Assembly: GCF_964204645.1 (NCBI RefSeq)
Contig: NC_134028.1
Span: 18,173,653-18,237,652, forward strand
Direction: 5' to 3'
DNA from: Tubulanus polymorphus
Lineage: Eukaryota > Animalia > Nemertea
Length of the DNA stretch: 64,000 bases
Made by a program: the position numbers and the translations under genes. Positions 1-13,990 of the stretch are shown in pieces. The notes under the pieces were generated by a model. It did not search any database. It had not been told where the DNA came from and worked only from the letters and a program-made list of their open reading frames with translations. Each line of letters opens with the position of its first letter. The stretch's first letter is position 1.

Positions 1-789
1 ATGTGTAAGTCAGCACTACTTTACATTCGAGATGCTTCTATTTGTGATTTAAAGTATCAATACTTGTAAGTTATAAATGTGTTACCTTTTTATTATACTT
101 TTTCAGAAAATGATGCCCGAGATTGGTGAAATATTCCATGTGATCGAAGAGTTACAAAATCATGATAATTATGCAGAGCAAAATCGAGAGTTTGGTGTAA
201 GTTTAGTGATAATATGTACATAGGCCGACAGTACTAAGATTTTAGTAGCAATTACAGTCAACACCAAATTTTCTAATGAAATCTCACGATTTGAACTTTT
301 AAAATTAATGCGACTTATGTGAAAATGCAACTTATATACATAGTATAGTTTTATAAGGTATAAAGAAGAAAAAAATAGATCAAAATAATTATACGAATCA
401 TGTTACGACAAATTCCATGACGGCTTAAGCGGGGCTGACTGTGTAGTGTTGTGGTAATTGTTACATATAAAGTAAGGGTGAAAATGCCCATTCTTGTGAT
501 ATTGGCCTCTGTTAACTGGAACACCCTTTTTGTAATCAAGCAATAGATGGTGGGATTATATTGACTGGTCTTTATTTATTGTAAAAAGTAGAAATATTAA
601 ACTTGAAAATGAAATAAGAACATTATGATTTCTTTTGATTTAGCTTGATGAAAATCCAGTGATTGATCAGCCTGTTGTAAATCCAATTAATGATGAAAAC
701 CTTGAGGTATGTGATTATCGACCATTTTCTCGAACTGATAAAGTGCCCAACTACAATGATTTAATTCTTTTTTTTTTTCATTTTTATAG

Positions 790-2862
790 AATGGGGAGTT
801 TGATATGCCTCTCTACAAGGGAGCGAGCATAACAGTCGGCGAATCGGCGCTACTAATACTTTCATACACGTTACGGCATAAGATATCCGGTGTTGGTCTT
901 CGTGACCTTTTGTTACTAATTCAAAATTTGTTGCCTGAGCGATGTAACATTACGTGGACTAAGTTTCTGTTTTTGAAGCAGTTTCAACGAGCGCTTAATC
1001 TGCAAGAACTATGCGAAGTTCATTTCTTCTGCGGGCAGTGTAGCCAATATATAGGACCACAAGGTGTGGACACCGGCGAAATTTGTGACCAGTGTGGAAC
1101 TACTTTTAATGAGGATGATTCCCTTAAGTCGGGTAATTTTTACATATATCTTCCCCTTGCGACGCAGTTGAGAGAACTTTTTATTGAAGAAAACTTGATG
1201 GACGAAGTTTTACGTTATAAAGCTGAACACACTAACAATGAAAATTATTGTGATCTAATTGATGGAGATACCTGTTCTCCAAACAATACCTGTTCTCCAT
1301 CAGTTAGATAGCATTTCTTTACTATGGAATGCAGATGGTGTTCCAATTTTCAAATCTAGTAAATTTAGTATTTGGCCTATTCAGTGTACAATCAATGAAC
1401 TCCCTCCTAAGATACAGAAAAAACATGTTTTATTGTATGGTCTTTGGTTTGGCACTGAAAAACCAGTAATGAATGGAAATTTCTTAAAACGTTTTGTTGA
1501 TGAAAGTATTTCATTGGAGACAGAAGGTCTTGATTGGGTTGACCAAAATGGTAGAAATCACAATACTAAAATTGTAAATCTTCTCTGTTCCTGTGATTCG
1601 CCTGCCAGAGCAATGCTGCAGAATTTTAAGCAGTATAATGGTTTTTACGGTTACCCATACTGCCTTCATGAAGGGGAACGCGCAGTAGATAATGGCAATG
1701 CCAGAATTTACCCACTTAACTACCCGCTGCCCCCTTTATGTTATCCACTTGATACAGTTGCCCATGCGACGGAAGCAATCGAATCTGGCCGTGCAGTGTT
1801 TGGTGTCAAAGGACCCTCAGATTTGATTTTGCTGCCATCTTTCAACCTGATAGAAAGTTTCACAGGTGAATATTTACACAGTATTTGTTTAGGCGTTATC
1901 AGAAAATTCTTGGCTGAGTGGTGCGAGACCGCAAATGCTGAGTACTATATTGGAAACAAGATTATTCAAATCGATAACCGCCTCCAATGGAGGTCACTCG
2001 CTTGCCTCGGAGTCTTGTCGAGAGGAAATTTTGGAAGGGAAATGAATTCTGAGCATTTCTTTTATATTCCCCTGTCATTTTATCTGGTATTTTACCAAAT
2101 GTCTACCTTAGTCATTGGCTTTTATTTGTCTCGGGTATTACTTTATTGAATGGTACTTCAATTTCAGAAGTTCATATCAGCCAAGCAGACATTATGATAA
2201 AAAAATTCATTTTGAATATTCCAGATCTTTATCATAGAAATTTATTGACTTTTAATACACATCTTGCTCTTCATTTGCCCGACTGTGTTAGGCGATGTGG
2301 ACCTTTATGGTCTACATCATCATTTGTATTTGAAGGGTTTGCGGGGAAACTGAAGAGTTTCATTCATGGTACTCAAGGAGTCCATTCACAAATAACACGA
2401 TCTTTCATATTGTTAAAATTTATTAGCAGGCTTTCAAGTAGGTGTTTAAGGGATGAAACTAGTGCATCTGTTTTGAAATTTTATAATGACCTATTGAGAG
2501 GATACCCCCTTGTCAAAAATCATGACACTAATAATAATACAACCTTCTTTGGTGCTTGTAAAACCACCAATCTCAATGGTATTCAAAAGTCAGCTATAGA
2601 GAGATTTTTAGATTTTCAGTTTGAGAAAGATGTTGCACATTTCTTTAATCGCTGTACATATGGCGGTAGATTGTATAGTACTGCATCTTATGATGAAAAT
2701 AAGAGACGATGCAATTCGTATGTTTTACATGGTAATAATGTTTTTAAAATTCAAAACATTGTCAAAATTGCACCAACCTGCCAGTGCATTGTAGATTGTG
2801 GATGTGAAACTTATACATTATTTCTAGGCAGTCATATAAATGTTAAAAAGTATTCGAAATGA
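790..2862 (+). pseudogene. EnSpm/CACTA Tnp2-like transposase, frameshifted
   Basis: Three overlapping ORFs: CxxC..CxxC; NADGVPIFKSSKFSIWPI, CDSPARA, NGFYGYPYC, YLHSICLGV; FNTHLALHL..CGPLW..SSFVFEG. Frameshifts near 1270 and 1990. Small upstream exon-like segments at about 107-197 and 643-706 have gt/ag borders. Confidence 0.85.
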
Positions 2863-4063
2863 GACGCAGACTGTGGCACTATTGGTAATTATATACTCAT
2901 GGGTGATGAAGAAGGGCAGCTAAAAGCTTTGTCCCCAGACCAAATTGGGAGGAAATGTATCTTTCTTCCTTCGTTTTTCGAAACTAGATTTAATTATGCA
3001 TACATTCCATTGCCAAATGATGTTGAGTGTGATTGACAGGCTTATTTTTAGCCCACTTGGACTTAAGTCCCAGCGGGCTATTGCGTTCACTTTTCGTCCT
3101 TCCATCTGTGGACGGAATCAAGTTATTTTGGGAATTATGAAGATGCTTCAATGGATCATCCTCCCTCGGCAAGGATTCGAACCTGAAGGCATTGGTACAC
3201 TCAGCCACGGCACGAACCCTTGCAACACTAGACCTGGTGCGCAGGTACATGCGCAGCTTTGCTGCACGAAAACTTCTGGTACCAATCAGATTGCTCGTTG
3301 TATAATCAGCCCAAAAACTGGTCCAACCAGATTCACTTGATAGCCAACTCGCTATCTATTTGTTTGACTTAGTCAGGACTTTTTACATATCTTTAGCCCA
3401 CTTGGGACTTAAGTCCCATCGGGCTATTGCGTTCACTTTTTGTCTGTCCATTCGTTGTTTGCCAAAATCGTACTTTTTACACATTTTGAGGAATTTTTGC
3501 ATGTAGTAAATAGCTAAAAACTGGTCAAGTGTTTATCAAATTTTGAGTCATACATTTTTATGGACCCCTTATTGAATACTTTTTATTGATTGTTTAGCCT
3601 TCAACCCAATCAAGACATTTGTCATATATGTATATACTTCAACAACAAAACGTGATACGAGGTTCATTGGTATATCATTAAATGTATCAAAGTTATGTTG
3701 ATAAAGATTTATTTAATTGATCAATTAAATCTTTATCAACATAATTTACATTCCACATGCATAAGTCACATGAATTATGATGTAGTTTAGGCCTATTTTC
3801 AATTTGATATTGAAATATTCATCTATTGATAGTATTTACTTATTTTCTAAATGGATGATATGCATTATCACCATGCTTTATAGGCTTATGCTATAATTAG
3901 CTAGATGTGATAATATAGATATTTCAGACTATAATTCAATAAGTTTTCACAGTAATCAGTTCAAGTCATTGTCCATCTATTTTATTGATTTTCACTCAAA
4001 CATGTCACCCAATGTAAGTTTCTCAGTGGTCATGTCATCAAGCTGTCTGACACCAAGTTCTAA

Positions 4064-4655
4064 AGCCACACCAAAAGAAAATCCTGTTTCTGTTCCTGTT
4101 CCTGGGTAGGGCAATCACCAAAATGGGTAGGTAGGTAGAGATTTTTTCTTTTTATAGAAGAAAAAATCGTTTATTCTATCAGTGGGTAGGTTGCCGTAAA
4201 TAATTTTTACTGGACTGAATTTTTAGTCAGGAACATGATTAACAACTAGTAGACCACAATAATAAAAGGAAATTGCAATGTTTGTACAATGAACTATAAA
4301 AAAACTATATTTTGAACATATTTCACGGAATTCCTGGAATTTTACAATCCAACGTCGCCATCAAAGTCTGATTAGCAAAGTTGTCTGAGCATGGCTGCGC
4401 CATTTCCAGAATCAAATTTTAAATCCGAGATAATAAAATGTTCTTATGATTGATCTCAGTGCTGACATCATGATTTGGTGAGAAAGGAGTTTGGTAGTCG
4501 GTCGGCCACATATATATTTTTGAAAAAAGTTATTTCACCTAAAATTTTGAAAAATGGTCGGTAGGCGATTATATTTTATTCTGAAAATGATTATTTGAAA
4601 TGGGGAAATATCGGGTCGGTCGGGCCGAGAAACAGGGTTTTCTTTTGGTGTGGCC
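4064..4655. mobile_element. PIF/Harbinger-like MITE
   Basis: ~28-bp TIRs (a/g)gccacaccaaaagaaaa(t/c)cctgtttct, flanked by TAA on both sides. Confidence 0.75.
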
Positions 4656-5849
4656 TAAACTGTACTTATGATTCTGTATATAAAATGATTTAAAATTTAG
4701 ATAACTATTCTTATTCCGGGATACATTTAAAAGATTGCCTCATTTTTACCTGTAAGATGTACCACTGGAGTGATTACTAGTTCCCCAACAAGGCTGTCGT
4801 TGTATGGACATGAGAATAATAGGCCTAAAAATTAATTAGTAGTAAAAATTAATTGCCATTAATTAGTAGTTTTGCCTATCAGAACATGTGAACTCAATAC
4901 ATGATACGTCGAATTTAAGAAGATTTTACTATTGAATTGAATGTGCAGTTGCTAAATTACATATCATTTATGTAGAAAATTATGACAAGTTATCAAGTAA
5001 ATGCACAGTTACATCAATTAAGACGTCAAATTAAGATTTTAAAATCTATTATACAAATAATTCGATCAAAGTGAGCCATTATTTGTTCTAAAATGTTAAA
5101 ATGATAATTAGAATGTATTACCAAGTTTGGTCTCTGGTGAAATTAACTACATTACCAAGTTAGTAATGATAGACTGGGACATTTTTACCGTATACCCCTG
5201 GGGCCAGTAGATCAAAATTTGTGGGAAAGATAAATGGTGGATTCATTTGGCACCATGTCAACTATTCATTGGTTAACTCTAACCAACTTTTATGCTACTG
5301 GCCGGGCTAATAGATATTTCGAGCCATGGTGGTAATTCTTGTTTGACTTAAGTACACACTGCATTTCTTTAACTTCAGCTGTATATCCACTGTCATATAA
5401 AGTGGATTTAATTGAGAGTTGTAGAAGGTAATTTACTCCTTATTTAAAATTTGTATGATCAGTGCTGCTATTTACGTGGTACTAGCGGAACATGATTTTT
5501 ATTTTGTCATTACTGATGTGACTTTTTAAGTGTAATCATTTTCATTAAGTGAAATAAATGTAAACGCATAATGAATGTTATTAGGCTTGATTTAATATAA
5601 TCCTTTGAAAGAACCTGTATGTCTTGATTGCTTGATTCATATGTTGTTTTCAATTGGAAATATTTATTTTGAAATTAGAAAATAGGAATATATATGATTG
5701 TGTGGTTTTCTTTTGAAATTTCAATAAAGAAATGTAGTTATTGGTTTGATAAATGAAATTAATTGTCTTATTATATTCCTCTATTTTCGCTGTAAGGACC
5801 TAGCTGAGTACACATGTGACAGAATACTCCATTTCAGTTCAATTCGGAA

Positions 5850-6243
5850 ATCTATAAGGGCACTTTCAGTTCATTTACCAGTGAAGTATACTTTCCTTGT
5901 AACAAAGTGCCTTTTATGAAAAAAAGACTCAATGAGTACACTTATTGAGTAAAATATTTTGTAAAGTGCACTTTCCTTGTGATGAAGTGCACTAATTTTA
6001 CAAAAGCACACTCAACGAGTACACTTATTGAGTGTACTATTTTCAAAAGTGCACTTTCCCTATCATAAAGTACACTAATTTTACAAAAGCACACTCAAAG
6101 AGTACACTTATTGAGTGCACTATTTTCAAAAGTGCACTTTCCCTATCATAAAGTGCACTAATTTTACAAAAGTGCACTCAATGAGTACACTCGGAGTGTA
6201 CTTTACCCATTAAAGTGCTCTTAAAGTGCACTTTATTTTCATT
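5850..6243 (+). repeat. EnSpm-type subterminal repeat array (~83-bp unit built from GTGCAC/GTACAC palindromes)
   Basis: aagtgcactttcc recurs at about 5965, 6047 and 6130; homologous array at 50770-51097. Confidence 0.8.
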
Positions 6244-7595
6244 TTAAATGCTCATTGCTGGTGAGGATGTAATTATTTCACACATCCGCCATAGGTATTG
6301 TTTCATTTTAATACCCGGTGATTGTTTTGATTGACATTGAAGTGTAAGCAAACATTCACTTATGAGGCCTCCACCTGTGCACCCAGAGTGCTACACGACA
6401 CACACACACACAAGCTCGTACAGTACACTACTCAAGGTGATGCTGTAACGCGTGCGCGTTTGACATGAAAATAGGCTGAATTGAATAATCGTTGCAGAAG
6501 ATGAGCGCTGTGTTTTCTGTTTGATAGAATTTGTAATAAATTTTAATTTCTTGTGACCTGAAAATATTAAGCAGCAAACTAAAAGTATAGGTCGAGGTCT
6601 GAATATTGTAGTCATAAATTCCAGGATTTAAACGATCTAATAACCGATTTCTTCTGTACCGGTATTTTAACTTCCGAGGCCAACATTGGAAGAGGTTTCC
6701 ATGACCCAATATTCAGCCACCCTCTGATATGTGACATCATATGAATTTTAGGCCATCCCATATTAATGGTGTGTTTGCCGTAACCCGACCGACCCGATTT
6801 CAAAGGTACCGAGTGAAAACTTTTTTTCTGGGATTCATTGAAATAAATTTTATTTTTGATAAAAACGGCCGACCGACCCACTGCCTACGTATGAGCTACA
6901 TATTATATATGTTTGAATTTCAAGTGTGCATCGTGTGAAAACATACCTTGTCAATGTGGCAAGGTTTCCAGGAAACTGGCAGTGTTCCAATAAGCTGCCA
7001 CTCATAGTGACTATATCAAAGCTGGTATCGTAAAACCACGCACATATTCAATATACTGTTTCAATTTTAACACAGAGATGACGCTCTGGACGAAGTTATA
7101 ATTTTAGAATAATTCTCGAAATCTACGCTATAAGACAAATTTCCCGTGTACAAAGTAGATGATTTTTGCGATATTGTTTCCATGTAAAAAGTTGATAAAT
7201 TTGTTTTTTTTGCCCAAAAATTAAGCAAAAAAAATTTTTTCTTACCTACCGACTCATCCTGAAAAGTTGAGTTGGTGTTACGGCAGACAATTATTTTGGG
7301 ATGGCCTTAATTGAATATTTGTTTCATATTGTGAAACATATTTTTTTTGAAAATTTAAAATAATTTCCTTGCCACGCCTACCTGTACCCTACAAACTTTT
7401 GGACGTGGACCGTAACCAAATGGATATCTTTGTTCTTATTTTACTACAAGATAATTCTTTAAGAAAGATAAAATACAATATAAACTTCTAGAACTTTGAA
7501 GTCATGAATTAAAAAGATTTTTCAAACAATGCCCTTACTCCAAACAACCTCTAGCTTTCAAGGTAAACCACACTTTGCCCATGGGCAATTTATTT
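6244..7595 (+). repeat. Interspersed repeat family ending in the palindrome ttgcccatgggcaa (Helitron/Helentron-like)
   Basis: Homologous copies at ~14630-14952 and ~28000-28762, all ending ...aaccacactttgcccatggg(c/t)aatttatt. Confidence 0.7.
6751..7306. mobile_element. PIF/Harbinger-like MITE nested in the preceding repeat
   Basis: TIRs ggccatccca...tgggatggcc with a TTA duplication. The empty site (atgaattttatttgaata) is visible in the copy at ~28471. Confidence 0.8.
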
Positions 7596-7837
7596 TTATT
7601 TTGTTAAATGCTGACAGGCTAGCCAAATTGCCCCTTAGGGCTTTTGTTACACACTTCTAATTTGCATATAAAAATACATACAAGTAAACGGATATCGAGT
7701 ATGATAGAAAAATTCATTACATGGTAAGTTGCAGTGTGTTTGCATGGACATCATTCGAGAACTGATGCATTTGTTAAGGATAAATTCTGATAAGGATCAA
7801 GTGCCATTCATTATATACCTGAATTTCTGTTAACTAG

Positions 7838-7999
7838 GTGATTGCTAGAGAGAAAAATCCACCCAATCGAGAATCAACAGCTACAGTTACGATACAACTG
7901 ACTGACATCAATGACAATGATCCAATGTTCGATGAAACAAATTATACTGCATCAGTGTCAGAAACACGGCCTATTGGATATAAAATTATTCAAGTTCAG
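7838..7999 (+). CDS. Cadherin-repeat protein, exon (first seen in window)
   Basis: ag|VIAREK..TVTIQLTDINDNDPMF..YTASVSE..IIQVQ|gt; DxNDN calcium-binding motif; phase 0/0. Confidence 0.93.
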
Positions 8000-8369
8000 G
8001 TAGGGAACCTTTTGAACTGATGTATCTTCATATTAAGATAATTCTTCATATTAAAAATATTTTACTGTTATATGTATTTTTCTTCTGATGGTACCTCAAC
8101 ATTTAAACAAAAGTTCTTTGCTTCTTTGCAAATCTCCTAATGCAATATTCAGTATTAAGAAATGTCCAGAAATGACTTTCTATCATTTTTTATTGAGAAT
8201 TGAAATTTTGAGGAAAATCTTGAAATTTCGATCCATAGCATCGGAGTATGGAAATATTACGTATTGATATTTGCAAAAGAGAAGTTTTGAATACCGTGTG
8301 TAGCTGTATCTGATTATACAAGAGGGCTTAGAGAGATGTTTGTTCAAGTGGAGGACTTACACTCAACAC

Positions 8370-8780
8370 ATTTAATAATAATAATAAAGGATCTTATATA
8401 GCGCTAAATCCAGCTAAGCTGCTCAAAGTGCTGTATGTAATCAGATAGGTCACAGCATGTTCATCCCCTTCTTCGTTGTCCAGTTGACATGAGATTTCCA
8501 TGAGAGATCACATTATAGGTCAATCCCAAGATACTTCACAGTTTTCTTTAAGTTCAGCTTGACACCTTCGAAGGTGTAGTTAACCTGCTCCAGTGTTATT
8601 AGGATCAACTGTGTTGATCCTTATAGAATGGTCCTGAGAGTAACTTTTTGTTAGCTCTTGGTGGCACAAATTGTAACCACTGGATATACACAGCTGATAT
8701 TTTGTAGAAGGTAGAAAATAGATGGTGGAATTGATATGGCCGGTTTCGTCCATCAGCTCTAAGCTGTTTGGAAGTACTGG
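8370..8780 (-). mobile_element. L2/CR1-like LINE 3' fragment
   Basis: (TAA)n run followed by cttatatagcgc, resembling a reversed L2 tail; degenerate coding-like sequence follows. Confidence 0.4.
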
Positions 8781-9496
8781 GAGAAAATGTTCAAAATTTC
8801 AATAAATTATTTCTCATTCTACTAATCGATGCTTGACCTAGTTTTATGACATCACAGGGAAAGCCCTTCACAAGGGCACTATTGGAAATCCCTCTAAAAG
8901 GGCTTTCCCAGTGACATCATTATAGAGAAATGTTCAACCATGTGACTCTTTGGGAAAACCCATTACCACGTATATGAACTAAGATCATGCTTACTACACA
9001 GTGCACTATGGTGATTTCATCTTTATCAGCTGATTATACGTAAGTGCAAATCCAAGAACAAACAGATTTTTGTGGTCAAAACTTAAACCTACTCAGTTGA
9101 TCCTACTGGACCCATGGTCCTTTTTGAATCTTATCACCTTGAAAAGCCAGTGTATATCGAACCTTTGTAGAAAAGCAACTGGAAAAATCAATATGGACAA
9201 AAAATATGATTAGTAGAAATTATACAAATTATACAGTTAACTTCACCTAATGCATATCTCTTAAGACCGTGGGTTTTTTCGGATTAACGGAATTCATATT
9301 TTCTAAGAATTAAGTAGAATTCGTAGAATTAACAATCAATCTATAAATTCGTGATAGGAATTACTCGTCGCATTTTCAATTGTTTTTCAGAAAAGGGACC
9401 GTAGTTAGGGGATATGGCTACAATTTACTAATTATGAACTACGAATTATCTAATGAAAATTAAAGGGAATAATGGAGGAAAAATTGGGACCTTCCA

Positions 9497-11738
9497 TTTT
9501 TAGGCCAGCCGTAGGCTGAGCCTATTACTATACAAATGGAGCAAATTTAAATGACATGGTTTCCACACAAAAGGCTCTTTTGCTTGCCAAGTGAGGGCAT
9601 ATTCGAACAAATCACGTATTTAAGCGTAATCCATTCTCGGAATCGTAGCGAGCAGAATTTTGAAATAGGGTCTCATAAAAATGTTTTCTGCATTTTTCAC
9701 GAAAGTTAAATCGGGAAAATTTCAATTTTTATCAGCCAATCAGGAAGTTGTGTCTTCCCTGTGATTGGTTTATCTGAAAATATCAGCAGCTGTTCACGTG
9801 AATTATTGCGATTTCATTACTGGCGCTTTTGCGCATGACGTCATGTATCAACACGCGACAATACTTCCGCGTTCGCTACGTGTTCGCTGATTGGCCCATT
9901 TACTGGGAAATTCCACAGAAGCCTAATGTGGTTTGTTACAAGCACTGTGATTGGCCCGACCCGATTCTGGCATGGCTTTAGCTTAGTGGGTTCGAATCCC
10001 TTGACGGGTGAAGATGATGGATCCTATCAATATCTATTGAAACAAATAAGTTTCCCGGTTGGGCAGCCGCGGATATCTACCGGAAGTGTTCTGGTTCGAT
10101 ATTTCGAGGTTTCTTTGAATTTTGGAGTGATATTGAAATCCGGTAAATACCAGCGGTAGATTGTGAAAACCCATTGCATGATATTTGTATTACTTAATCA
10201 ACGAAAAGCGTCGGGGGCCGCGCCAGGAGTTTTCGTGATTCAAGTAGCGCAATAGCCTACTTCTTCGTGTTCGTCCACCTCAATTTTTACTCCGCCGATC
10301 TCTGACACGGCTCTGTCCCCGTCGGCGCTGTGATTGCACTTTCGTACCACCAAAATTTTTTATTTCTATATCAGGGAGGTCTGGAGAATAAAAAAGTCAA
10401 AATTTGGATATCACATAGGCCTGATTTCATCGAATAAGTCGACCATGGTCGTTACGTTTCCGTACTTATTACCACCTAAAACCGTCTGAACAATTTTGTC
10501 ACAACCAACATTTCGTTTACAGAAATCAGGTGTTCACGTGAATCCGCGGTATCGTCTACTGTTTTACTTCCGGGTTTTATTTTAAGATTTAAAATTGTAT
10601 TTCAAGATCGATTTCTATGAAATCTTTAGTTGATTTGGTGTTTGGGAGGAATTTTTATTTGCTCTACAGAAAATTCATCCTTGACAATTGCGCAAGGTTC
10701 GCGAAAAAAAGGTTTTACCAAATCGGGTGTATGACCTTGATATGCTAATTAGCCATGTGCCCGAATTGCAAATTCAATCAAATTTTATTCTGCCAAAAAA
10801 TGTTAAATACAATTCGCTTTCCGAGAGTTAATGGTATGCTGCATGGAACAAAGTTGTTTTGAGATGGGTCTTGAAGCTATTGAGGTCGAGAGATAACCAT
10901 CTAGATAGTTCGTGTTAGTTCCAAAGTTTTTAAGACGCTTCAAGGTAATGTCTTGATATTTGTTTTGTACTTGTATCTACCCTAGACACATCTTCAGGCC
11001 AAAAACTGGCCCTGTCAGATTCAAGATGGCCGACTGGCAGCCATTGTTGTTCGCCAAAATCAGCACTTTTTACACATTTTTGAAGTTTTCGAGGGAAATT
11101 TTGAAGACACTTTTATCAATAACCTTGATCATTCGTATATATTTGTATCCCCCGAGGGCCCATCGGCATGAGAAAAATTGAGTCGATCGGACTCAAGATG
11201 GCCGTACTGTGACCTTTTTTGTTCCCAAAAATGTCAATTTTGGCCTGAATTCTGAGTACTGTAGCTTTCTAATGGTGCGCCATGTTTCATTGCAATTTGT
11301 AATGGGTATTCTTTGGAAAGGGATCTTTTATATCCGAGAGGGTATTTTTGACCAGGCAATTATGACGCACTTGGCAGCAATCTTGGGGTCATCAGTACTC
11401 ATTCGTAGGTGGAAAAAAAGTTTTTCCACATCATAATTGATACTTAAGCATATTTTGATACTATAATCAATTGGAAAGTTGTAGCTCATGACATGTTCTA
11501 TGATCGAGGTGAGTTTCAAGCTCATTGGTTTTTTTATGGCCACTAGGGGGCGTTGAACAATACAATAACTTAGTATTTCTATATTACATTCGTTCCTGCT
11601 GTCTGTGTTAACACACGATTTTACTATGTAAATGATAATGAGCAGGGAGTGTATATTGATAAATATAACCCACAGATTACATCATTTATAAAAAGCAAAT
11701 CTGACAGTCTGGCCATTGTGCCCCTTGGGGCTCTTGTT
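9497..11738 (+). mobile_element. Helentron-like non-autonomous element, family C copy 1
   Basis: Starts tttttaggccagccgtaggctg; ends with subterminal IR tggcc plus hairpin gccccttggggc and tcttgtt. Highly similar copy at 43941-46082. Confidence 0.8.
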
Positions 11739-12329
11739 ATATGTTTTAGGTAGTTCGAATTTAGCTAGGTTGACTATACATGAAACATAGTTTTCCTCCA
11801 CAAAAAGTATCAATGAGTACTACAGATTGTTCACCAGGTGATTATCAGAAATACAAATATCCAGATTGATCGAACCAATTCTGCCCAGGGGGCAGGAGAT
11901 AATGGTCACTTGAATGGAGGAACAATGAAAGAACAACTCTGAGATCCATCTAAACAGTACTGCTTTATTAGCTATGCTGCGACCAAAGGACTCTGTTGTA
12001 ATTTTTATGGACTTTCGCATATAAAACTTCCTTCCTTTGGTACAAAATATCTTCCGAACGAAGCTGAGTTTTTCTTTGGAACTTTCTAATCAATCATTGC
12101 GAACATATCAATTTTGACAATAAAAATCTACCGATGTATGCGCACGGGCTACAGCGACCGACCTTGGCCACTTCTAAAGCTGCTATTTTACTCCAATATA
12201 GTTCAAATGTCCTTCTATCTAATGCATACTATCTCTTATGCAGGCAATAGCGAACTCGTCCTTATTTGGTGACTAAAAATATGTATCGAACGCATTGCCC
12301 CCTGTCAATTTACCAGCACGCTCACCGAG

Positions 12330-13990
12330 TTGGATTTTCATGTGGCTAAAACACTTTGTAGATGTATAGGCTATTAGTGACTGCTTTTAGTGAGTTTCGA
12401 CAGTACTGTGAGTTGATATTTAAAGGCCTGCTGAGTGAAAAAGCAGCTGAATGTCACGCTACATATCTGCTAATGTGGGTCGGCCATGAAGGTCGAAGGG
12501 TGTACAACACATAGAATCTATCCACAGAGGTCTCAGAAAATCCGAAAACGATTTTTGACAGATTCAAGACCCATCTTGAGCCTAAAACAAACCATCAGCT
12601 GTCACGGTTTGAGCTGAGGCGCCTGCGACAAAGTGATGTGCGGACTGTAGATGCGTTCATCTGAGAATGCCGATCTGTTGCTGCGAAATGCAAGTTCCGT
12701 GATCAAGCCGAAACCGACGAGAGGTTGATTGTACAGCTAATAATAGGGACAGCGCTCCCGCTAGTACACGAAAAGCTTATTGGGAGAGAGAATCTGACGA
12801 TTGATGATGCCCTGGACATCGCAAGAACACATGAGGCGACAACCGAACAAATGAAGAAACTGACGCTAGACGACGGCTACAAAGAAGTCAACAGCATCAA
12901 GGGAAAAGATGGTAATCACCATAGACATCGCCCTAGTTATAAAGATTGCAGTATTCCCAGTAGAAGAAACCACAAACATTGACCCAGTTTTAAAGATTGC
13001 AGCTTCTGCGGTGGCAAGCACATAAATGAACTATGTCCTGCCAAAGGCACGAAATGCAACACATGTGGTAAAATGAATCACTGGTCGAAGGTATGCCGCT
13101 CTGGCAAACCTAATAAAAGACCACAACAGATTTTTCAGAGGTCACAAACGGTATATGCCTTAGATAACACAGAATGTGACGAGTTTGAAACACTGAACTT
13201 TAATGAGGTAACAGAAAAATGACGATCAGACAACCGCGATGATTTTTATGCCACTATTGGCATTGACTGCAAAGGTAGACACCGTAGCACAAGGTAACCT
13301 GCTTCCCATGCGACTGTATGGACGCAAGTTTCCGACGAAGGTAGACGTCAATGGGCTGCCTACGGGCTTGAAGAATAGTGGTGCAGTTTTAACAGCTTAT
13401 GCAGGCACTAAACTGACACAATACGGTATATGCACGTTATGGTGTATGCAGAGCGCGATTACGGTTCCTACAAACTTTTATGTGACTGAGTCTGATGGAC
13501 CAGCCATCTTAGGACTTCCGACATGTCGTGATATGAAGCTGGTGATGCTCCATTGCGAGGTACGAAAAGACGACATACCCACAAATCGACAGGACTTTGA
13601 CTCACCGATAGATAACAGGGATGACTTACGGAAGTTGTATCCCAACAGATTCGAAGGTATTAGCGAGTTTGAGGACGAGTATAGCATCGTTATTGACATA
13701 GACGCAACTCCAGTGATACACCCTCCCGCTGTGAACCAATAAGACTTGGTGAGGAGATAAACAAAACACTTGACGGCATGGAAAACCAAGACCTTATAAC
13801 GAAGGTCACCAAACTGACTGAATGGGTCAATTCCCTCACGTATAGCCGAAAATCAAATGGGAACCTAAGGATTTGCCTGGACCCTAAAGATTTGAATAAG
13901 GCGATAAGAAGATGCCACCACGTCACACCTACTTTAGAAGAGAATTTTTTATGCTAGATGCCAAACACGGGTATTGGTCCGTCAAGCTCA
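12330..13990 (+). mobile_element. Ty3/Gypsy LTR retrotransposon internal remnant (gag, protease, RT start)
   Basis: Double zinc knuckle CSFCGGKH..CPAKGTKCNTCGKMNHWSKVC; protease AKVDTVAQGN..ILGL; RT EWVNSL..LRICLDPKDLNKAI and LDAKHGYWSVKL. Many stops and frameshifts. Confidence 0.88.

Larger units (their letters stand above)
1..6243 (+). mobile_element. Decayed CACTA/EnSpm (CMC) DNA transposon, 3' part, with nested insertions
   Basis: Tnp2-type transposase remnants at 790-2862 and a subterminal array of GTGCAC/GTACAC palindromes at 5850-6243 ending ...aagtgcactttattttcat. A related, apparently complete terminus lies at 50770-51097. Confidence 0.7.

Noticed and set aside
8846-8921. Short hairpin (gggaaagccctt / aagggctttccc)
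   Set aside because: Most likely an internal palindrome of a decayed MITE; no further support for a functional RNA.
9973-10010. tRNA-like sequence (tagcttagtgg / ggttcgaatccc), also at ~44420 and ~50465
   Set aside because: The A- and B-box-like pieces are directly fused or isolated, with no anticodon arm or cloverleaf; they lie inside repeats.
10960-11543. Repeated ORFs (also 45076-45783, 35537-35728, 40668-41000) suggesting a gene family
   Set aside because: Chance ORFs within copies of non-autonomous repeats; no protein motifs, and the frames are not preserved between copies.
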